Positions 1 to 11,573 of a DNA stretch of 64,000 bases are shown here, piece by piece; the stretch's first letter is position 1, and each line of letters starts with the position of its first letter. The DNA comes from Octopus vulgaris. Lineage: Eukaryota. The notes beneath the pieces were generated by a model, which was not told the origin of the DNA, ran no database searches, and saw nothing but the letters and a program-made list of their open reading frames with translations. The translations under genes and the position numbers were made by a program. The stretch is taken from NCBI GenBank assembly GCA_951406725.2, contig OX597826.1:29636001-29700000 (forward strand), read 5' to 3'.

Positions 1-271
1 GATTTGGTAGACGGAAACTGAAAGAAGCCTGTCGTATATATGTATATATATATATGTATATGTGTGTGTTTGTGTGGCTGTGTTTGTCCCCCTAGCATTG
101 CTTGACAACTGATGCTGGTGTGTTTACGTCTCCGTCACTTAGCGATTCGGCAAAAGAGACCTATAGAATAAGTACTGGGCTTACAAAGAATAAGTCCCGG
201 GGTCGATTTGCTTGACTAAAGGCTGTGCTCCAGCATGGCCGCAGTCAGATGACTGAAACAAGTAAAAGAGT
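1..271 (+). mobile_element. SINE family A (CORE-like), cut by window start
   Basis: Matches full copies at 1727, 42279 and 53465. Confidence 0.85.
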
Positions 272-424
272 ATTAAATCTATTATGAGGATGTTACTAAT
301 CATTTTTGAGAAGAACTCTTTTTCTAGTGTGTGAGTGCTTTTGTTTAATCTTCTATATATGTATGAGAGAGTGCATGTTTAAGGAGAAACAGGAGAAATA
401 GAGCTCCAGATGGCTAAGTAGATC

Positions 425-465
<41 letters not shown>

Positions 466-1215
466 ATTTAACTTTAAATCTACACCAGTGGTTTAAGTTT
501 CACGTGTTACATTTATACAGAACCTCTCAGAACTTGGGTTATATAGATCAACTGGGCAAGTAACAAAAGAAATTTGTATGTGTGTGTATAAGCATGTATT
601 ATATATATATGTATACATGTATGAATTATATGTATGCATGTATGTATCTGTGTGCATATGTATTTGTGTGTATGAATGTATATGTATGTATGAATGTGTA
701 TGTATGTACGAATGTGTCTGTGTATGTATGCATGAATATATATATGTATGCATAATGTACATATTTATGTATATGTATGTGTATATATCTATGTATATAT
801 GTGATGATGATGATAATAAATATGTTTGTATATACACACACACATATACACTCACATACACACATATTTTAAAATTTTATTTATTTTAACATAAAACTAA
901 TTACATACAATAATAGTATACACACAGTACTTCTTATATGTCACGGCGACCTTGTTTATTGAGTTGAGCAAAATATTCCGAGCATTTGGGAGAAGGAGAG
1001 AGAGAGAGAGAACTGGGTTAAGTTTTCCCAAGTATAAAATCACAAATTTGAACCCTGTTATTTTTGTGTTTGAATGATTTATTAAGAACTTGCTGATATG
1101 CTTGGTGGTCTTGGGTATGAATTTATATATGGTGCTTGTCGAGTGATTTGTGGGAAAACTCACAATCATTATATGTATGTAAATGTTAGTGTGTGTATAT
1201 ATATATATATATATA

Positions 1216-1279
1216 TGGTAGCCCCTCAACTATTGTGGGGGTTACATCCCCCCCTCCTGCAATAGTTGAGGGATTACTG
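1216..1279. mobile_element. Tiny Tigger/pogo-like MITE, about 64 bp
   Basis: Inverted arms CCCTCAACTATTG / CAATAGTTGAGGG; right end reads CAGTAATCCCTC on the minus strand; sits in a TA/TG tract. Confidence 0.55.
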
Positions 1280-1726
1280 TGTGTGTGTGTATATATATAT
1301 ATGTATTTATATCATCATCATCGTTTAACGTCCCCTTTCCATGCTAGCATCGGTTGGGTGATTTGACTGAGGACTAGCAAACCAGATGGCTGCACCAAGG
1401 CTCCAATCTTGATCTGGCAGAATTTCTAAAGCTGGATGCCCTTCCTAAAGCCAACCACTTCGAGAGTGTAGTGGGTACTTTTTTGTGCCACTGGCACGAG
1501 GACCAATCTAGTGGTACTGGCAATGGCCACGCTCAAATGATATTTTTTACGTGCCATCTGCACATGAGCCAATCCAGCGGCCCTGGCAACGACCTTGCTC
1601 AAATGTTTTTTCACATGCCATCAGCACAAGTGCCAGTAAGACGATGCTGGTAACGATCACACTCGAATGGTGCTTTCTACGTGCCACCGGCACAGAAGCC
1701 TGTTAGCATATATATATACATATATC

Positions 1727-1891
1727 GGCGCAGGAGTGGCTGTGTGGTAAGTAGCTTGTTTACCAACCACATGGTTCCGGGTTCAGTCCCACTGCGTGGC
1801 ACCTTGGGCAAGTGTCTTCTACTATCGTCTCGGGCTGACCAAAGCCTTGTGAGCGGATTTGGTAAACAGAAACTGAAAGAAGCCCGTCGTA

Positions 1892-1935
<44 letters not shown>

Positions 1936-2143
1936 TGTCTGTGTTTGTCCCACTAGCATTGCTTGACAACCAATGCTGGTGTGTTTATGTCCCCGTTACT
2001 TAGTGGTTCGGCAAAAGAGACCGATAGAATAAGTACTGGGCTTACAAAAGAATAAGTCCCGGAGTCGAGTTACTCGATTAAAGGCGGTGCTCCAGCATGG
2101 CCGCAGTCAAATGACTGAAACAAGTAAAAGAGTAAAAAAAGAG
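1727..2143 (+). mobile_element. SINE family A (tRNA head, CCTTGGGCAAGT core, internal (TA)n)
   Basis: GGCGCAGGAGTGGCTGTGTGGTAAG...GGTTCAGTCCC; many copies in window. Confidence 0.85.
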
Positions 2144-2149
2144 TATATC

Positions 2150-2212
<63 letters not shown>

Positions 2213-2215
2213 AAC

Positions 2216-2444
2216 TTTCATTATAATAGTGTAGAAACAATTTAAGTATTCATACACAAAAGAGGTGACCTTTAACAAGAAACCTTAATGCTAGAAAGGG
2301 CAGTCAAAACCCAAACCACAAATAAAAGCAATTTTATTTGTGGTTTGGGTTTTGACTGCTCTTCCTAGCATGTAAGGTGTTCTGTCAAAGGTCACCTTTT
2401 TCGTATATAAATACTTAGATTGTTTGTAGACTATGAGAATGAAA
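2216..2444. repeat. Long imperfect inverted repeat, arms about 112 bp, 4-nt loop
   Basis: ...CAGTCAAAACCCAAACCACAAATAAAA gcaa TTTTATTTGTGGTTTGGGTTTTGACTG... Confidence 0.9.
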
Positions 2445-2544
2445 ATATGTTGACTATTGACTTTATTATGCATGCCAGCCACTGGCATGAAAATTTTTCT
2501 AAATTTTTTACCCTTATTATTTTCACAGTATATATATATATTAT

Positions 2545-2908
2545 GGAGGCGCAATGGCCCAGTGATTAGCACAGCGGACTCGTGGTCATAGGATCGTGGT
2601 TTCGATTCCCAGACCGGGCGTTGTGAGTGTTTATTGAGCGAAAACACCTAAAGCTCCACGTGGCTCCGGCAGGGGATGGTGGTGATCCCTGCTGTACTCT
2701 TTCACCACAACTTTCTCTCACTCTTACTTCCTGTTTCTGTTGTACCTGTATTTCAAAGGGCTGGCCTTGTCACTCTCTGTGTCATGCTGAATATCCCCGA
2801 GAACTACGTTAAGGGTACACGTGTCTGTGGAGTGTTCAGCCACTTACACGTTAATTTCATGAGCAGGCTGTTCTGTTGATTCGGATCAACCAGAACCCTC
2901 GTTGTCGT
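2545..2908 (+). mobile_element. SINE family B (GGAGGCGCAATGGCCCAGTGG tRNA head)
   Basis: A/B boxes, TTGAGCGAAAACAC; related copies at 2932-3230, 4748-5130(-), 5962-6218, 7019-7308(-), 14765-15110(-), 23575-23873(-), 43815-44050, 47270-47560(-), 49485-49795, 55297-55490. Confidence 0.8.
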
Positions 2909-3254
2909 ATATTATATATATTATATATATGTGAAGGTGTATGGCTTAGTGGTCAGGGTGTCGCACTCACAGTTGCGAGATTGTGGATTTGATTCCCAGA
3001 CCGTGCATTGTGTTCTTCAGTAAATTACATCATTTCACACTACTCTGCGATAATTTCGTTATCTGACGTGTGGCACCCAGTTGCACCTGTACAGGTAATG
3101 TCAATCTGATGGAGGGAGTGAGCTTATATGTACACAAGCATTTGATCTCTATAAACAAATCATCTGTGTGGTTGTTCAGCAAATAAGTGCCGAACCTTCA
3201 TGCATCGTCTAACAACAGGAGAGTCCATGATGAAATATGTATGTATATATATAT

Positions 3255-3331
3255 ATAATAATATGAGGGAATATTATTCCAAACTTACAGGGAAAAATTC
3301 AATTTAGAAATACTAAATCAAATTTCACAAA

Positions 3332-3372
<41 letters not shown>

Positions 3373-3775
3373 TAAATGTGTATAGTGTGTGTTTGTGGGC
3401 AAAAGTTATCTTTGTCTATGTTTGTTGCTTCTGTTTATGCATGTTGCGTGTATGTGTATATATTGTCTGTGTTCGGGTATCATGTGCTTGTGTGGGTGGT
3501 ATATATATATATATATATATATAATAATAAATATTAGGGAATAAATCCAAATTTACAGGGAAAAATCAGATTTAGGATTAAATCCAATTTTATAGTAAAA
3601 TATTATATAATATAATTCGAGACAAAACCACTATTTTGCAAAACAAACAAGGAAAGACTTAATCAATACATAAAAAATTTTAATATAAAGAAATAAACCG
3701 CCACTACAATCGTTTCATGTCTTCAATGACATTCGTCAGGTGGATTTTCGATCTCCTAATCTATTTTAATTTATA
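3255..3775 (-). mobile_element. Penelope-like pLTR fragments in (TA)n
   Basis: Two related segments (3255-3335, 3522-3775) share CCAAAyTTACAGGGAAAAAT and are flanked by (TA)n; the second carries the HHR. Confidence 0.5.
3701..3743 (-). ncRNA. Minimal type-I hammerhead ribozyme
   Basis: Minus strand reads CCAC-CUGACGA-AUGUC auugaa GACAU-GAAA-C gauu G-UA-GUGG; intact core, stems I and II fully paired. Confidence 0.8.
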
Positions 3776-4075
3776 TATATAAGGGACAGGACCAAGTGGT
3801 TAAGGTGTTGCAGTTGTGATCACAAGAACATGGTTTCAATTCTTATGCTGCTAATGTCACTCCTGTCCATTTAGATAAATGTGTAACCCTGCAACAGACC
3901 AGTGTCCCCTTTCGTGGGGGGGGGGGGGGAGTCTGCCTGCCTGCTTAGCCCGTGAGATGGCATCATTCGAAAGCTACAACAATGCAAAGAAGCACATTGT
4001 GAGCAGCAATTTATAACATCTGATAATCTGACCGATACAGTGATTTAATGTTTATATGTTTATCTGTCTTTGTAG

Positions 4076-4436
4076 CATGTATCAAATACGATCCAGTTCC
4101 ATTGTTTGGATGTCATGGAAAGAAAAGATCAACAGATGTATTCATTCTAAAAGAAAACCTCGGTGGCGTTGCATCACCGAAAGGTAATTTAAATCCATGC
4201 GCTAAAGAATTCAAGCCATCTGCTATGCCAGCATCACTGTATGCCAGTATAGCAGCAACTCAACCAGCTTTGAAACCAAAAGCCGGTCAGAAAAAGAAGA
4301 ACAACAGCAGTAGTGTCACAGCTCAAACCAAATCTGACGAAGTTCTTCGGAAGCGAATTCAATTGCTGTTGCAAACAAAAAAAATTATTATTTTGATGCG
4401 TGGATGTCCTGGGAGCGGAAAGTCTACGTTAGCAAA
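4076..4436 (+). CDS. N4BP2: N4BP2-like exon 1 in window: PAM2-like motif and Walker A
   Basis: tgtag| acceptor (phase 1); LNPCAKEFKP; IILMRGCPGSGKSTLAK; donor aa|gtaagt. Confidence 0.88.
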
Positions 4437-7305
4437 GTAAGTTGTCAAACATTGTCATCGTTTACCGTGATAGCTTTTCATTGCATGTTGTCATGATTAA
4501 TACTCTTTCTCATTATCGTTAGTTCTAGTAATCTTTTTTTTTAATATAACTTGGCAAAAGTCAGTGTAATTTTATTTTTAAAAAATCCATTTCATACTCT
4601 GATCTGACTGTTCCATTTTTCTTGAATTAATAAGATACATTAAAATGTTGTTTTGAAATGCACAAGATATTTTTTCATATGTTATAGAAAATGGATTGAG
4701 TAAACATTTTATATTGTATCATTTGGTGGAAGAATATATATATATATGGTGGCACTCCGTCAGTTACGACGACGAGGGTTCCAGTTGATCCGATCAATGG
4801 AACAGCCTGCTTTTGAAATTAACATGCAAGTTGCTGAGCACTCCTCAGACGCGTGTACCCTTAACGTAGTTCTCGGGGAGATTCAGCGTAACACAGAGTG
4901 TGACAAAGCTGGCCCTTTGAAATACAGGAACAGCAGAAGCAGAAAGAAAGAGTGAGAGAAAGCTGTGGTGAAAGAGTACAGCAGGGTTCACCACCACCCA
5001 CTGCCAGAGCCTCATGGAGCTTTTGGTGTTTTCGCTCAATAAACACTCACAATGCCTGGTCTAGGAATCAAAACTGCGATCCTACAACCGTGAGTCTTTT
5101 GCCCTACCCACTGGGCCATTGCGCCTCCACAAATTATATATATAATTTCAGGAGTATATACAGAAAATAATGAAGACAAATTTCATCTTTTTTCAGACAC
5201 ATCTGTATATTTCTGAGATTCCACTAATGTAAATAGAACAAGGGAAAGAAAGTGTATCTTTGAAGGGAGAATTTTAGAACTTGATAAAGAGAACTGATGA
5301 GGGAGAGAAAAAGACAGTGTGGGAGAATGAAGAAAAGAGAAAGAAGACATAAGTCAAACTATGACTGGCCTTAAATCTCTTTTATTGTTCTTTTTCCATT
5401 TCTTTTTTGTTTTTGTTCTTATTTATTTGAAATTACATTTCAGAAAGCTTCTAGAATGTTTACCAAAGAATAAAACAGCAGCCATTTTGTCTACAGATGA
5501 CTATTTTAAAGATAATCGCAACAATTACTGTTTTTATGTTGCGCGATTATCAGATGCTCATGCCTGGAACCAGCAGAGAGGTAAATAAAAATATTTCCTC
5601 TAGTCTGTGTGTCTGTCTCTCTTTTTTCATTGTTGTATTCCTATTTATGTATGTCTGCCTGTTTATTTATCTCTCTCACTTGAACCCCCATCAAGCAGGT
5701 GTAAACTCCAGCAAGCCAAGTTTGTGAGTCTGTTTTGATTCTCAGTAAGAGAGATGTCTAACTCCATTTATGTTACCGATTTACTTAACAAGAAACACCA
5801 TCATTTCATCTGCTTGAAGATCATGAAAGGGCAAAAGAGCCTAGTCTATAACAGACCAGATTGTTGACCCCTTGTATGCATTTTAACCCTTTAGCATTGA
5901 AACCAGCCATATCCGACCCAGATATTCTACTTGTTTTATGTTGAAGCTATCCAGCTCAAGTGGAGGCGCATGGCTTAGTGGTTAAGGTGGCAGCATCACG
6001 ATCATAAGATTGCAGTTTCGATTCCTGGACTGGGCGACGCATTGTGTTCTTGAGCAAATCACTTCATTTCACGTTGCTCCAGTCTACCCAGCTGGCAAAA
6101 ATGAGTAACGCTGCGATGGACTGGTTCCCATCCAGCTGGGGAACACATACGCCATTGAAGCCGGGAAACCGGGCCCATGAGCCTGGCTAGGCTTTAAAAG
6201 GGCGCATTTATTTTTATTTATCCAGCTCCGACCTCTCACACCTACCCTACTATGTACATTTAAAAGTAAGCAATCACCTCTTCAAAATCTCTAAAATACA
6301 AGGTAATTCATGATTAATTTTTAAAAAAGGGAATAAATAAGCATCAGATTTGACAGAGTAATGTGAATGCTGAAAGGTTAATGTATCTCTGTACGTTTTG
6401 TGACATTTTTTCCTAGTTCACTTCTCATCTGTAAATTGCTGGAACATTTTGAATGCATTAGGTAGATGATAGATAGGTTGTCTGTCATCATTTGTTATGT
6501 GATTGTTTATTTGTTCACTTGGGGCTAGCTGTCATTATTCTCTTTCTCTCTCTAAATATCACCATCATCATCCTTTAATGTCCGCTTTCCATGGTGTCAT
6601 GGGTTGGATGATTTGACTGAGAATTGGTGAACCAGATGGCTGCATCAGGCTCCAATCTGATCTGGCAGAGTTTCTACTGCTGGATGCCCTTCCTAACGCC
6701 AACCACTTCGAGAGTGTAGTGGGTGCTTTTACGTGCCATCTGCACGAGGGCCAGTCTGGCGGTACTGGCAAAGGCCACGCTCTAAATGGTGTTTTTTATG
6801 TGCCACCTGCACAAGAGTCAGTCCAGCAACACTGGCAACGACCTCACTCGAATGTTTTGTTCACATGCCACCCGCATAAGCGCCAGTAAGGTGACGCTGG
6901 TAACGATCACGCTCAAATGGTGGTTTTTACGTGTCCACCAGCACGTAAATATGTAGACAGAAACTGAAAGAAACCTGTTGTATGTATGTATGTATGTGTG
7001 TGTGTGTATATATATATCACGTGATCATGTGACCGACCAGTCCATCAGATGTAGTTACACATCGCTCGTCACAATGCGTTCGCATTGTTTTAGCCTTTGA
7101 ATGACGCCACCCCGCTGGCTAAGCGAGCAGGCCAACAGAAGAAAGAGTGGTGAAAGAGTACAGCAGGGATCACCACCCTCTGCCGGAGCCTCGTGGAGCT
7201 TTTAGGTGTTTTCGCTCAATAAACACTCACAACGCCCGGTCTGGGAATCGAAACCGCGATCCTACGACTGCAGTTCCGCTGCCCTAACCACTGGGCCATT
7301 GCGCT

Positions 7306-7350
<45 letters not shown>

Positions 7351-7953
7351 CTTTTTTTATATTAAAGCTGCAGAAACATCTCAAAAAACTGTTTCACATT
7401 TCCATTTGTCAGAATCCAGTCTTGATCAGATTTGTCTGATGAACGGAAATGTGAAACTCTGAGTAACAATTTTTTGTGATGTTTTTGCAGCTTTAATAAA
7501 AAGCAAATCATTCTGCCTTTGGTATTCGAGTACTATTTCTTTTCCCCACCTTGTATTGCATTTATATGCTTACTCATGCATGTATGTGTGTGTGTTTGTT
7601 TTTGATATCCTGTGGTATTTGTAACTAGTAAATGATTGTCACTATCATACAAAATGTGTCACTCATTTCCAATATTCTGCAAAATCATGTCTGGGTGCGG
7701 AGAAATTGGAAAGAGGTGTGGGCTGGTGACAGGAAGGGTATTGCAGCTGTAGAAAATCTACCTCAAACTGTCTCGCCCATGCAAGTTTGGAAAAGTGGAC
7801 TTTAAAATAATGATCACACACATAAAATTTATTGAATGCCTTTATTAACCAACTTGTCATCTTCTATTGAAAGAACTGAACAGCTGTATAGATGTAAACA
7901 CAATTTTTTCTTCTTCCTTCTCTTTTCCATTGACATTCCTTTCAGATACACAG

Positions 7954-7987
<34 letters not shown>

Positions 7988-8233
7988 CACATGCACTCTC
8001 TCTCTCTCACTGGACAAAGGTGATGATGATAATAAATCCAGACAACTTTTTGAAAAATAACTTTTAATCAAGACCCCCCCCCCCTCACTTTGAGTAGCCA
8101 CCTGGTTTTGCCCTTTTTAAAGGCCAAGAATCAACTCATCACTTTCTATTGAAAGAACTGACCAGCTGTATAGATGTTTCTTCTTTCTCTCTTCCTTCTT
8201 TCTTTCTCTTTTCCATTGACACTTCTTTCAGAT

Positions 8234-8264
<31 letters not shown>

Positions 8265-9634
8265 CTCTCTCTCTCCCCATTCCTCACCCTCTTTTACTAT
8301 CCTATATCTCTCTCCACCCCTACACACTCAATAATACTATAAAAAGAGACAAATCCTCCCAAACAAATTCAAATCTGGAGATTCTACCAGAGTAGATGCA
8401 AGCGCTAATATATGATTTATAAAAACATGTGACATATTAAAAATCTGTAAATGTACAACCATCCAGATTTCTGAGTACCTAATTTTTTGTAATATATATA
8501 TATATATATATATGCACACACTATATATACACATGATATATATATATATATATATATATATACATGATGGAAAACTAGCTCAGTAAGGCAGGACGCTACT
8601 CCCTGAGAACCCTTTCAGAGCCCCCTACCTACATACACAAAGGTGCTAAATTTTACGGAAAAGAAGGAAGAAATATAACACTGTCCTTAACCGTTTAGCA
8701 TTTAAACTGGCCAGATCCAGCCTCTCACACTTACCTTACATTAAGAAATAATCATCAAAAAATAAACAATCATGTCTTTGAAATCTCACGGCTACATGGT
8801 AACACATGGCTAATTCAAATCAATTCTTTTTCTTGTTTTAGTCCTTTGACTGTGGCCATGCTAGAGCACTGCCTTTAGTTGAACAAATTGACCCCCAGGA
8901 TATGTTCTTTGTAAGCCTAGTGCTTATTCTATTGGTCTCTTTTGCTGAACCGCTAAGGTATGGGGATGTAAACACACCAACATCTGTTGTCAAGTGACGG
9001 TGGGGGACAAACACAAACACACACACACACGCACATATATGATAGATTTCTTTTAGTTTCCATCTACTAAATCTACTCACAAGGCTGTGGTTGGCCTGAG
9101 GCTATAATAGAAGACACTTGCGCAAGGTACCATGCAGTGGGACTGAATCTGGAACCATTTCGTTGGGAAGCAAGCTTCTTACCACACAGCCATGCCTGTG
9201 AATAAATAAACATTACATTTCACAGAAATCTGTATGCCAAAGTGTTAATGCCATTCCCAGTGACATTAACATAACAAATAGAGAGAGAAAAATTCAAAAC
9301 TATAAACTAAAAACAGACTGCCCTTTTGGTTTCTAAAATACTCATTTCTTGTTCTGTGAACTCTTCAATTTATCTTCTTGATGCCTTGCTGATATTAATG
9401 ATGTGTTTCTAATCCCTGGACTTTTCAACAGCCCTAAATGCAATGAAAGAGGGAACAGATTTGGTTATTATCGACAACACAAATTTGACCTTGTGGGAAA
9501 TGGAACCCTATGCTAATTATGTGAGTATAAATATAATTAGTGCTAATTTTTTTGATGTTTTTTTCTTTTTCTTTGTGAATGTTAAATTGGGTGACCACAT
9601 GTTGCTGTTAGTTCTCTTTCTCTTTGTATGTATG

Positions 9635-9666
<32 letters not shown>

Positions 9667-9686
9667 TGTATGTATGTATGTATGTA

Positions 9687-9742
<56 letters not shown>

Positions 9743-11327
9743 TGTGTGTTTGTGTCTCTGTATATGTAAATATAGGAATGTGTGTGTATATGTATATATT
9801 TATATATAGTGATTAGACTGCAGTCATGCTGGGGCACTGCCGAGATGAACACCAGGAATCCTAAATAGTAGACCACATTTATATATATAAGATTTACACA
9901 CATGCATATATACATATTTATTTGTATGTATATATGTCATCATCGTTTAACGTCTGCCTTCCATGCTAGCATGGGTTGGATGATTTGACTGTGGACTGGC
10001 GAACCAGATGGCTGCACCAGGCTCCAATCTGATCTGGCAGAGTTTCTACAGCTGGATGCTCTTCTTAACACCAACCACTCTGAGAGTGTGGTGGGTGCTT
10101 TTACGTGCCACTGGCATGACGGCCAGTCAGGTGGTACTGGTAACGGCTATGCTCAAATGGTGTTTTTTATGTGCCACCTGCACAGGAGCCAGTTCAGCAG
10201 CACTGGCAATGACCTCGCTCGAATGTCTTTTCACATGCCACGGCATTTTTACGTGCCACCGACACGGAAGCCAGTAAGCTACTCTGGCAATGATCACACT
10301 TGGATGGTGCTCTTAGTGCACGGACACCAGTCATCAAATTTGATTTGATTTCAATTTCACTTGCCTCAACAGGTCTTTTCAAGCAGAGTTTAGTGTCCAA
10401 TAAAGCAAAGATATGCATAAGTGGGCTGGTTACACCCCTGGCATAGGCCACGGTTTATGGTCTCACTTGGCTTGCTGGGTCTTCCGACGCACTGCATATT
10501 TCCATAGGTCTCGGTCACTAGTCATTGCCTCAGTGAGGCCTAATGTTCAAAGGTCATGCTTTTGTATGTGGCAGATGCTCAGGAGCAATAAACCCTAAAA
10601 AGGTGCAGAGAACAACTTCTGCCACATTCCAGGGAGTAAAACGAGAAGTAGTTGATAGCCTCCGTTACCTAGGTGACCAAGTCTACCTCTTCCAGAGTTT
10701 CCCTCAACTTGCACACCACATCTGATGCTTCTTAGGTCCAACTTTTCTCTCAAGGTACTTACACTCTGTTGAGTATACACACTGACATTACACATCCATA
10801 TGCACACGAGTATACACACTGACATTACACATCCATACTGGCTTCATTCCTTGCGAGCTTACGTACGTCCTCAGCAGTCACGGCCTATTTTCCACTGCCA
10901 TGTAGCATGGCTGTTTGTACACATATGTCATACAATCTACCTTTTACTATGAACGAAAGGCCTTTTGTCACCAGCAGAGGTAAGAGCTCTCTGAACTTTG
11001 CCCAGAGTGCACTGTCCCCTGCTACTGACTTGGTCACCTAGGTAACGGAGGCTATCAACTACTTCTCGTTTTACTCCCTGGAATGTGGCAGAAGTTGTTC
11101 TCTGCACCTTTTTAGGGTTTATTGCTCCTGAGCATCTGCCACATACAAAAACTATCTTCTCAGATAGCCTTCCTTTCATATTGTTGCACCTCTTATGTGT
11201 CCATAGCTTACACTGGGTACATCTTATAGAGTTTCTACCTATGCCTTTTCTACAAATTGAGCAGGGCCATCTACCTGAAGAGATTTGTGGTTTGTTATAT
11301 GTGTGTATGTATAAATGTGTGTGTGTG

Positions 11328-11358
<31 letters not shown>

Positions 11359-11534
11359 ATATATAAATATAAATCAAAATGAGGGTGAAAAAGTGGATAT
11401 TAATTTGATAACATCAATTTTAACACCAGTAGTCTAGCATATAAAAAACTGAGATTCAGTAAATAGTATTACACACATAAATATAAGAGGGAATTTTTTA
11501 CCACTAGTGGTAAAAAAAATCCCTCTTATATTTA

Positions 11535-11573
<39 letters not shown>

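Noticed and set aside
493-889. Overlapping 79-122 aa ORFs rich in Y/I/H/T/C/V/M
   Set aside because: Translations of TA/TG/TATG microsatellites; same for 9517-9915, 42652-43158, 58477-60142 and 62880-63923.
4048-4079. ATG at 4048 or 4077 as the N4BP2 start
   Set aside because: 4048 lies in the pyrimidine tract before the acceptor; 4077 is out of frame with the kinase. No upstream exon was found in 1-4075.
10937-11377. PHD/zinc-finger host gene
   Set aside because: Colinear with a multicopy LINE 3' end and followed by the RT YLG motif; truncated.
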